The translations under genes were made by a program, and so were the position numbers. Below are positions 40,901 through 52,900 of a DNA stretch of 64,000 bases, piece after piece (position 1 is the stretch's first letter; every line of letters begins with the position of its first letter). The notes beneath the pieces were generated by a model. That model had not been told where the DNA came from. It saw only the letters and a list, made by a program, of their open reading frames with translations, and did no database searches. This DNA comes from Mytilus trossulus (Eukaryota): contig NC_086375.1 of assembly GCF_036588685.1 (NCBI RefSeq), positions 68,076,001 through 68,140,000 on the forward strand, in the 5' to 3' direction.

Positions 40901-43900
40901 GAGAAATGTGAATATGGATAGCCTCAGGTTGACGGAACATGCATAACTTTTAAAATAAGTATCATAAAGTGGACTTCTAAAAGTATGGAACGCCCCTGGA
41001 GCCAAATGACGGTAATTTGGGTACGCCCATCATATGACGTCACCACATGGTAAGGGTTAACATATCTGACTATTGCCTGATATTCAAAAATAAGAAAATA
41101 AAAAAATATACCAAAAGAGCAAAAGAGCAAAGATACAATTAATAGAAGGCCAGACAACACCAGTTAAGCTGTATAGATGTCATAACAGATTACAAATTTT
41201 TCACCTGCTGCTAAACGTATTGATAAATTTTATGAACTTAAACTTCACTGCTCATTTGATTGTTAAAACTCATGATAAATATTTTTAACTGTTTTAACTT
41301 TCCAATTATGAAAACCCCTGTATAACAATCTGTCAAAACCACTAAGAAATTAAAACTTACAGATACAAAAACATGGGTAAACTTGTTCATCAGTGTTTTC
41401 ACCTTACAAAACAAACATACTTGAACTTGTCTGGTAGATAAATTGATTGTTTTACTAACAGCAATAAACAGAGAGAAATGTACAGTTAACAACAGCTATT
41501 CCTTTTAAAACATTTCAGTCTCAAATGATATATACAAATTAAAGTACATGTACTAACAAATCTTCAAACATTTTCCTCCATATTAACCTTATTATATCAC
41601 TATAAAGCACATGTACATTATTTTACATTTTTATAAAGTAGATATAAATTCTTTAAAGCATATATTTCAAACCAAATAATTTAAGTTTCATAACATTTCT
41701 AACATACTTTTTAAATTTATCTTTCAACTTGACCAACTTAAATTCAATTTATCAAATAAATAACACTTTATTTTCACTTATGATAGAATGTGATGAAATA
41801 AAAAAAGTCTATTTATGTTTACTCTTTTTTTCATCATATACTATATTCTAATGCTCATTATTATGATTTATTGGAGAAAATCTAAAGTCTATTCAAAATG
41901 TTATTAACTGACTGAATGATATAAGTCATGCTTCAGAGGGTGTCATTGAGACTTTTGTTAAACTAAGAGGCAAAAAGAGGATGATCCCATCTTACATTTT
42001 GATGTTATATGCCAATAAAGTAATTTTTCAAATAAAATAAGCTTGATGTCTTCTATATTAAAACATAAGGAAGCAAACTATCAAAATTTAATTAAAAGAA
42101 TATTTATTGTTTTTGTTGCCGAAGATTCTTTAAGTATCCTTTGGTATTTGCTCATAAAGTTCTCAAATTAAAATAGTGTCAAAAAATGAAAAAGAGGAAT
42201 TTAAACAATGTCACACCTCAATGCACCATCAACTTCAATTTTCAAAATGAGTGCTTTTTATAGCTTGTTCTATGGTTTTGTACAATAATTTGCATCTGAT
42301 TAAAAAGCTTTTAAAAGAATGTTTGTTGTTGTCCAGTGTCACTTGAAACCACAACATATGTGACAAAATATCTATACTGCACTAAATTAGGAAAATCTTC
42401 AATAATATTTTCTTGAATATCTCAGTGATTTATTGCCAAATATATTTTTCTGATGTCTTTCAAATCAGCAAGCTCTTTTAAAATTGTGTCAAATCTATAC
42501 TTTAAGTATTGTTTTTGAAACTAGGTCAAACACGCTAGAAGTAGACCACAAAAAAAAGAGTCCTGGTTGATAGTAATGGTTGTTGAGAAGAGATATAATC
42601 ATTGTGTCAATGGGAATGTGATAAAAAGAGTCTTTTTGTCAAAAACTTTATTGACCGATACTACATTAAAATCTGTTGCTGACAGGTTCTTGAGACAAAT
42701 ATTAAAGTCGAGCAGGACATTTATTTATGATAAATGGTATTAAACCATCTAGGTATGGTCAGTTTTGACTAACATTTATATTATCATGTAAACCTTTGTC
42801 CATATGTAGGAGTGGTCAAGACAGGTGTTTTACTTGTCTTACAAATGTTAACGAGATCTGTACAATATTTCATATGCTGGTAGTATTTAGTTAGAGCCAG
42901 GAATTTATACATCTTATAACCATGTATACCTCTGTCACAAAAACACATTCCTTTAAAAAAAAATTGGTTTTATCACAGTTTCTAAATGTCTATATCAATC
43001 CAAGTAAAATAATATAAGCATATCGTTACTGAACTTTAAACTGCAGATTAATTAATTTTCTAGAGCTCACATTCTCCAGGATTGAGGAAATTTTTGTTCT
43101 TTGGGTCTACTTGCATTTGTGGATTTTACAAATCTGCATACAAACTTACTGAAAATTTGCATTTATTGGTCATGTAAGGTGAAAAAAGACTAAGTTGGTC
43201 CTAGACCACAATTATTTTGTAGTGCATTTCTTTTAGAACATAAATGAAAATTAAAAAAATCCCACATGCGCTTTCTCAAAGAAACTTTTACATTGATTGA
43301 TTGTTGGTTACTTTACGCTGCATTAGCACAAAAAGACAACAAGAAACTTTTACAGTGTGTTGTACTACTTTTGGGACAAATAATATCAAATTATAGAAAA
43401 CTTCATCAACTCTAACTTAAAATATGGACAATTTTATGTTTAGGGCGTCTTCTTTCCTTTAAAATTCTGGACCCAATTTTTTTTACAGTGTAATTTCACC
43501 CCTACTTGCAATTTTAGGCATTAAACATGGAAAAAAAAATTTGGAAGGAGTATAAAAATTAATGGCAAGTAACCCACTGTCAACACTAGGGACTATATTC
43601 ATGAACAAAGAAAATCAAGGGACGACAATTGTGGTCTTGGACCAGTTTCAATTTGAATTCTAATTGCAATAGCTCAATAACTTGACAGACCTTAAGTGAA
43701 CTTTAGTATTACATGATTTAAAAAAAAAATTCTAAGTAAATATTAAAATAGTTTTAAATACATTTAATGCATATACATTTTTCGGCAAAGATTTTATATT
43801 AGAAAAAAGACTTTAACATTTTCATAGAAATTTTGTTAAAAATACCTTTGTTCCCATTATGATAAGCCCATCCTATTTAATACCAATATTTAAATTCATG

Positions 43901-46900
43901 TGTTTCTGTGTTACAACTTAAATCTTACAATTTAAAATGACAAGTGAAACATGTTAACAATCTCAAACTCGGTTAAAATAATGAAAACGTTTTAAATTCC
44001 ACCAGGTGAAATGTTTTTCTAACTTTATGAACTATCTCTTGTTTGTCAATTGTCAGTTGGACCTACAAAAATAGTCCATTTACTAATGTAAACAAGATAT
44101 GTCACTTTCTCCAATTTTATCTTATGCCCCTGAAGATCTTTAGAATAGGTATTAACTTTGTATGGGGGTTTCTGGTGTAAATCAACAGAGCTTTTTACTT
44201 ATTTAATAAAAAAATTAAGATTTTTTTGACAGATTTTTATGAATTTCTATAACAAGCATCTGTAAATATTAGTTTGGCTTATTGTGCAAAGTATTCAGAC
44301 ATTTAGTGCTGCATTTTAATAAATATGACATTTTAAAGTTGTACTATTTTGACATGGTACTTTATCATTCTTCTATCATATGTTGTAAAAAGTAAAACTA
44401 CAGATTAATTTTCTGTTGCTAGAATTGGTTATGTTTTGGCACTTAAACAAAATCAAATGTTTTTAATTAAAATGTCCTGCACTGGATTCTTACATCTGAG
44501 AATAAATTGTAAATGTAATTTCTTTTACAATTAGTAAGTTTTATTTTCCTTTCAACTTCCATGGCAGGGCATACTGGTATGCATGTAGCCGAAAGGAGGA
44601 AAAGTACCAAAGTGAATTTTAATTAAAACTGTTTAATGTGGATTCATTTATTTTCTTTGGTACTAATTTTTGTGGATTGAGGAAAACTTGCATATTCCTG
44701 GATATTAAAACTTTTTTGATTTTGGCAAAGTCTGCATATGCCTTTAGAAACTGTTATTTCTTGAACATTTAAATTGTGGTTAGTAAATACTCTGTTTCCA
44801 TGAAATCCACGAAAAAATTGGTATCCAACAAATAAAAATGAATCCACAGTAAATGATTCTATTACTTTTTCAAGTTGAAAGCCCTTCACTGTATGTAAAA
44901 TGGTTTTATCTTCACACCATAAAAGCATACAAAATAATTGAATTTGGAGAAGTTGTACCAAGGAGGTTATATGAGACTCATGTAACCACCTTGGTTGAAC
45001 ATATGTTTGTGAAAATGCACTATTGCTGAAGGACATTATAAAAATTTGCAATCAGACACTTATATTTTAGCTGAAAGGGGATTTATAATGCTCTTGTAAC
45101 ATTATATTTATATAGACTATTAACTTATGTATATTATCTTTTTGAGAAGTCCCTATTATCTTCAATGACGTAAGCACTTAAAAATATAAAAATAACATTT
45201 ACATAAAAGATATACAAAAAGTATAGAATAATGCTGAATCCACAATATTAATACATTTCTTAATATCAAAATTTAGTTCTATTTTCATAGATATATCTTA
45301 ATATTTAGACACACCTAACCTTCATATGATAACATATATTAGCATGTTGGCAGAAATCAATCATATTAAAAAATACATATTTTCAATGATAAGGTTCATT
45401 TCAGTTCAACTCTTTTCAAAAAATGGTAGTTAAAGTTTGACATCTCCACAATATCTTTTAATGGAAATTCTATATATGTGTTTATACATATTTTCAAGCT
45501 AAGAGTCACCCAAATAGAATACATATAACATGTCAATTTTGGAGTTATGTTTTTGTACTTTATAACATTATAACTCACTCCTTTAAAAAAAATCAAAATA
45601 AGTAAATCAGGGAAAGTAACATACAAATTATTTCATTCATGTCCAACTTCTAAAAAGTGCATTCTTGTACCATATTAACACAATTTTTGTGTCATTTATT
45701 CAACTGATTTTGACATTCTTTCACAAAAATAGAACTTACCTTAATATATATTTACTCATATTTTTAGGATTATTCATTAAATAAACAATTTTTTTCAATG
45801 TGGTATTTCAATAAGGCTCCGTCCCAAAAGTTTTACCATTTTAAGGATTATCAAACGCATCAGTGGTTTTAATTAGTGCAAACCTTCATTTAAAATTGAC
45901 GATATTAAACAACAAAATTAAGGCATTTAAGCTTTGCAGCACAAAATGATGACAGACTGACAAACCGGACAAACATTTACATTTAAAACTATGTTGCATG
46001 AGGAATAATAAATTTATTTGCACATCTATTACATTTAACAAACAATGTACTAAAAAAAGAAAGCTTTCTTTGCTAAAATACCTTAAGATAATTCAGCTGT
46101 TTATCACATGAACAAATATGTTATTTTTATGCATCTTTCAGTATAAAAGTGAAATAATGTACAGCTAGGGGCTATGTTTTACTGAATATTTCACAAGTTA
46201 GTTAGATTAACATACGTTCCTGTGGTATTGATTGCTTGTTATTTGAATACCATAAATATACCTTACATAAATCACAATAATTGGGATAATTTGCTAATTT
46301 TTATGGGCACAGGACGTTTGCGCTTTTTTACCTGTAAAACGATAGGACATTTGCGCTTCAAATCCTATGGACATTTGCGCTTTTAATTTTGATTCACCTG
46401 TATTAAATTGACCGGACATTTGCGCTTTTTACCTATAGTCGACTACCTGTAATCATAATGAGAAGTAATCATTACGTATAAATTTAACTGAACCTAAAAA
46501 TTGGAGACCTTTCATGGAGATGTACCGTTAAAAATTGTAATGCAAGAATTCAAACGGACAATGAGACGTCTAATATTTTGAGTCAGAAAAATGATCATTA
46601 TCATCAACAATGCGAATACAAGGAATGTACAACTGAAGTGGTAAAATGGCTGAAGCACCTAAAGAACCGAGATGTTCCAAATTTGCAGACTACCTGACAG
46701 AAAATCATGTTACAGTTGAATCAAGATTTCGACCAATATTATGGGCTGAACAGCCATCTAACAGTCAGTAAGCGTACAACAAATGGTCCTGAATCATTCC
46801 ATGCTCACTACAATGTATAGTTTTACATGACTAATCCTGTCATTTTTTACATTTTTGAAGAGCATTATTGAACAACAGTCAATAAATTACATTAAGATTC

Positions 46901-49900
46901 AGTACACTGATAAACAGGCTTCCCAATCAAGAATTGAGAAGGAGAAACTCGATCATTTATTTGAGAAGTGGGCTAAGTTCCAATCTGGACAGATAACAAG
47001 AGCAAAATGTGTTCACTCATTGGGCTTCAAATATCAAGCTGAAACTGACCTGTAATTTTGATGACAGTACTTGATTTTATTTCTTAAGAATGTTTACTTG
47101 TAGCTGTACATGAACTTTTATACACATATCTAAAATGTGCTATGAAATGAATGTGCTATGAAATGAATGTGCTATAATAGATTTTTAAACTTTTAACCAT
47201 AAAGAATGAGGAGGGAAGTCATAGATATAAAAAAAAAAGCGCAAATGTCCTATGTAAAAAGCGCAAATGTCCATTTTTAAAAAGCGCAAATGTCCTATGT
47301 TTTGAAGCGCAAGTGTCCACAAAAAAAAGCGCAAATGTCCTATGAAAAAGCGCAAACGTCCCGTGCCGATTTTTATACTCTAATTCTGATCCATGGTTCC
47401 TTCATTTTTTTCATCAATTATGAAGGGTGAATATTGAGTGCTAATGGTATATGATTACCAAAAAATGTCTGCATCAACAGATTTGACAGGCTGTTCTAAC
47501 TTATTGTATTACAAAATTAACACTATTCAGTAATTTTTAAATGCCCAGATTGTGACAATCCTATGCTAACAATTTTTTTTCTTCTTGTATTTCTTCATTT
47601 TAATAGTTGACAGTAGTATATTTTTATGGACAATTTTTATGCCATGACAATTTAAGCCTCGTAACGAAAAATACTCTACCTTACTACAAAATGTAAAACC
47701 AATTTCTATTTTTTTCTTCAGAAAAAGTACTCATTATTTATTAGGGGCCAGCTGAAGCCCGCCTCTGGATTTGGGATTTTCTCACTGTATTGAAGAAACA
47801 ATAGTCCCCTTATGCTCTTTGGTCACTTTGTCTCATTGACACCTTCTCGATTTCATTCTAAGCGAACGTTGCTCTACTCTTACAATGTAAGTAAAATTTA
47901 AATATATACATGTATAACAAATCAATTTCATCTTATCCGTATCTTTTTCTTAGATTTTCAAGTATTACATCTCAGTTGACTCTTAATACTGTAATGCATG
48001 TGACATTGCCCTTCATACAAAACAGGAGATATGTAAGTAGGGTGTATATAAATTTACCTTCTTCTGCTAAACTTATATCTGCAGGAATGTCACTGTCATT
48101 GAAACCTGGATTGGTATGTCCTCCATCAGGTGATGCACTATCTCTCTCTTCTACTAATCTGTTCTTTTTTATTGGTGTAGACTGGGGCTTTAAAATATCT
48201 ATAATAACATTGATATATTTTAAATTAAAATTAGTTCATAAATAATACACCATAAATTAATGATCAGGTGTCCATTTCACAAAATAGAACAATTCAGTAT
48301 ACTTACAACTAATCTCAGTCATAAGTTTTTTGGTGAAATGGACTCAAGGTATCTGTATATAGCAGTAAATGTATGCTTAATAAGAAAATGCAATGAACAT
48401 AATGCTGCATTTCTATCATCACTGTCATGTTAATTTCTGCTACAGTAATACAACCAATGGATATACATTCCGAGTATTTGTATCTTCATGGAAAAATTGT
48501 TGATACAAAAAAAGAAGCTTTAATACACATTATTGGGAATCCTAGCTGACCAGTCTTTTGTCTTAGTCTTACTCTGATGTACTCACTCATAATCATTGCT
48601 TGGCAATGAGACAATAAACACCAAAATAAGAAATCTATGGATAATTTTGCATGTTTAATTTTAAAGCAAAAAAATAAGTCTGTGTTTCAAATTGCAATCA
48701 AAAAATTTGTTTTTAGCCAAAAATACCAGATACAATGATTGAGAAATAGTAATATTGTAAAATTTATCAATTACAATGTATTCTATTAAGCCAAAAAGAA
48801 AGATGTGATGACAAGTAAAGTTGTTTGTCCTAGAAATAATATTACTATATTAAAATTCACAAGAGAAACAACAAGGTTAATTAAAGGCCTGCAGGCAAAA
48901 TCATACTTCCACAATACCTTGTAATTTAATTAAAGTGTTGACAATTTTAGATGTAAAAGCGGAAGCTTGAGACAATATGTTTTAATTGGAGAAATAAATT
49001 GCCTGCATAGTGTCAAATGTTTTGTATGCTTAATAGTAAAGCTCTCTGTGTAGCCAACAGTATAGAATTTTTTTACAAGCAAAAAAAAATTGCTTCAAAA
49101 CAGAGCTACAATGTACAAGTTGTTACATCCTTATTATTGGTTGCATGTACAAAAAGCTGATACAAGCAAAAATCATATCAATAATGGATAAGACCAAAAC
49201 TGAGTCAGGAATATAAAAATGCAACATACTCTGATATACTACACGATTCTTTATTTCTAGAACTGATATCATTTATCTAACAATTATTTTAAAGCAGATG
49301 CTATACTGGGACAAAGTTCATAAAGAAGATATGATCAATAAATTTATGTACCAATGTAGTGTACTATACATGTACCATATTTGCATGCATTTATAGTTTT
49401 CTTTTATCTAAAAGTATAATTTTTCATATAATTTGACTACTTATTGGTTAGGGACCAATACATAGGCTATTAATAAAACCATTTATACCCAATTATACCT
49501 TTATTTACACCATAATGCCATAGCTGTAATTGAATATCCTTCATTTATTATATTTATCTTAAATTTTTAAGGTCAATTCCTTTACAATCTGAAAGGGCAA
49601 CTCTTTCCAAACTACAGAAAGAAATTATTTTGCAAAAGCCATAATGTAACTCAAATAATCTACCATCAGGCTTACATGTATATCATACACTATTTTACCA
49701 ATCCAAAATGAGTTGTATTACTCTGCAAATATGAAAATTCTTTAAAAAGAATAGGATATAAATTATAAAACGGTTAGCTTTAATTTTTAAACCATATTAT
49801 AGCAAGGTTGATTTCAAAATAATAATTATGTGAAGTGCAATATTTATTTACAAGAAAAATATGTGCCTTCCTCCCTCTCAAATGAATAAATCTACCATAC

Positions 49901-52900
49901 TGGAAATTGTCTACCACTTTATGCTCTTGAATCATTTCTGTGGAGTTAAGCATGCATACATACATACACCTGTATATATTATTCATTTGCTGGACAATTC
50001 TTATAATTATGATTTCCAGAGGTATATTTTATGGGGAAAGATACACCTTATCCCTTTCTGGTGATATTTCTCCTAAAGATCTATACAGTAAGCAGTGGAA
50101 CCCTCCGTTTTGGGACGATCAATGCATTTGAATGGGGACACTGGTGTAGTTGGAACCACCACAACCCTTTTTAAAATGGCTGGATCCGCCGCTGATAAGT
50201 TGGCAGAAAATCCTCGATCCTCGACTTACAAATATGAGACTGGGGGTTTTGCCTAATTATTCAATCAATTGGTTTTTAACGTTACTTCCCAAGTGCTCTA
50301 TTGGCTTTCCTGGTGAGTACTTCTTGTTGGCCGAGGAACCTGAAGTGCCTTGAAAGTACCTCCGACGTTAGAATAAACTGTGAAGAATGTGTTAGTCTAA
50401 ATCTTGCTACGCTGGGCGGTTTATATTAAATTATCGGGAATAATGCCCTTTCAAAAATCATGGATACGCATCTGATGCTCGAACTCTGATGTACATGAGG
50501 TGGATATTTTGCATCTCATACATGTGATGAGGTGCATATGGCATATTTTCAACAGTTTTGCATTAGTTACTGACACACATGATTGCATGTCACAAACATA
50601 GTTGTTAACGTTTCAAAATAAGTCAAATTCCTCAAGTTATTCAATGTTGGTTACCGATCAAACATTGCTCTGTAGTTTGAAATCCAAGATGAAGATGTTA
50701 TTCGAATTATTATGAATCTAAAAGCTTGTATACATTGGCTTAAGGGTGTACATTATTGAAATACAAACCTTATGAAAAGTGATATGTCATGACATTTGTG
50801 GAGACCTCATGCTTGGATCAAAGAAACCGGGGTCTACTCAATCAGATTATGCTTCGGTGATAACACCAGAGACGGTAAAGCAGCTAAGAGCGTTGTTGTC
50901 CCATATTACTTACAATGAACAGGTGTTGGTCCAGGATTGACACTCAAATCTTGTGTTTTGTACTTTTGTAAATTTATTAGGTAAATTCCAAGAATGCCAC
51001 TATAGGAACTAACCTATTGCAGATTGATAAACGCCTATGAGTTAAACTTATAGACATTTCAGGAAAACCACAGAGCTACATGTCGAAATAAGAAAATTTC
51101 AATACACCTTATATACAAAGACATGTATAGAAGGGTGTTTTCGTATACAGAGCAAAGTACACTAAAAACATTGTCAGGACTTTCTTTTCTATCCACTTTC
51201 CCCGACAAACTGGCCAATTAATTTTCCAATTCTACGAAAACAAATAAATATTTGAACATCTTGCCCCTATAATAATAATACTTTATTCAGAAGCAATACA
51301 GCTTATAGAATATACAATTTTACAATATTTTTTGAATGCATCAGTGAAATATAAATACAACAATTATACACAATACATGCATGGCGGAGAATGAGACAAA
51401 AATTCATATGATAAATAAATAATACAACTACATATTACGAATTTTTTCAATATTAAACAAAAATTTACCTAAATTATTAAGTTCTTTTACATTGTGAACT
51501 GATAACAACTGTATAAGTTTCTGCTCATACTATATGTAGAACTTTAAAGTGCGATGGTACTCTAAAGTGCGACGGTGCTCTAAAGTGCGATGGAACAGTT
51601 TTGTGGATAGTCTTAAAGAACACTGCAAAGGATACTTTGAAAGAACATTCAGATATTTGTTAATTATTCTTGCTAGAAATACATGTAGATGAAAAATTGA
51701 TCACACACAACATTATATAGTCGGCAAGAATATGAATCGACGGAATGAAAATGTTTAGTTTTTTTGTATTTATTGTCGCAATGAGCGTTTTGTTTGTAAA
51801 ATGGATAATTCATCAGTGCATACTACACATAAAACACATGATCTTTGCGAAAACAAAGAAGATTTCAGGTAAACTGACAAGTCAGTTTCGTATCTTATAA
51901 TTATGCAAAATTAAAATTATAAAATATTAGAACCTCAAAGCTCTTCAACTTAAATTGTTCTTTATTTTGGACTTTTCACTTTTTGAATGGAGCATCACTG
52001 GTGAGTATTTTGTTGGGTGTGTTAAAATGTTATTTATACTTTGTAATTCGATCTTTTTGATTATTATGAATAAACAAACATCGTTCTCTCGTACCTTATT
52101 TTTTCAGGGCATACATAAAAATGAAAAGAACAAAGGTGAAGATATTTAAAGGATATATTATGGCTTGATTCAATCGAAAGAAACTGGGAAGGAATTTTCA
52201 TCGATAGATATCAGTCACGAGTATTTATCCTTTTGGTAATACTAAGGTATACGCTGAACAATAATGTTACGGATTTTCCACACCCTAGGGGAGTTCTAGC
52301 TCTTACTTGAACAAACAATGCATGTCAAGCCAAAAACAATATTGATACATTATGTGGGAAATGTAATGAAATTACAAGGTTTTTCAGTCGAACTTAAGGT
52401 CCCTGGTTATATAATATATAAATCAGTGTTGTATTATTTAAATTAAACAATGAAAAGACATGTATCATAGAGAATTCCCATACAAATCAAATTATACTAT
52501 AATATTGACATAGCTTTTATATAATGAATGAAATCGCATGATTGTTGAATGGAGATTATAAGTGTTTTGGAAGGATAAGCCACTTAAATGTTTAATGAAA
52601 TGTGCAGAATATTTACTTATTCAGAATTTGAATGAATTTAAATTGGAGCTTTCATTCTTTGATTTCCACATTCATTTAATAGAATGGAAAGACACTTTTT
52701 AAACAATACACAGGTCACATCCATTTCTATCACTATGGTAAACCTGGTGCAAGAGATGCTATTTTACTTCTAATTTGTGCTATCTCCTTTTAAGTTACAA
52801 TTGTCTCATTTTCAGCGATTCATTTTAAGAAATTCAATATTTATATTTTTAAGATTTTATATTTTTTCGTCGACACGTGAAGCAAGAGAAAATTAAAATA

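Noticed and set aside
50740-50945. Coding-like composition patch (MLGSKKPGSTQSDYASVITPETVKQLRALLSH...)
   Set aside because: Short, interrupted in all frames and not assignable; it may be an old TE fragment.
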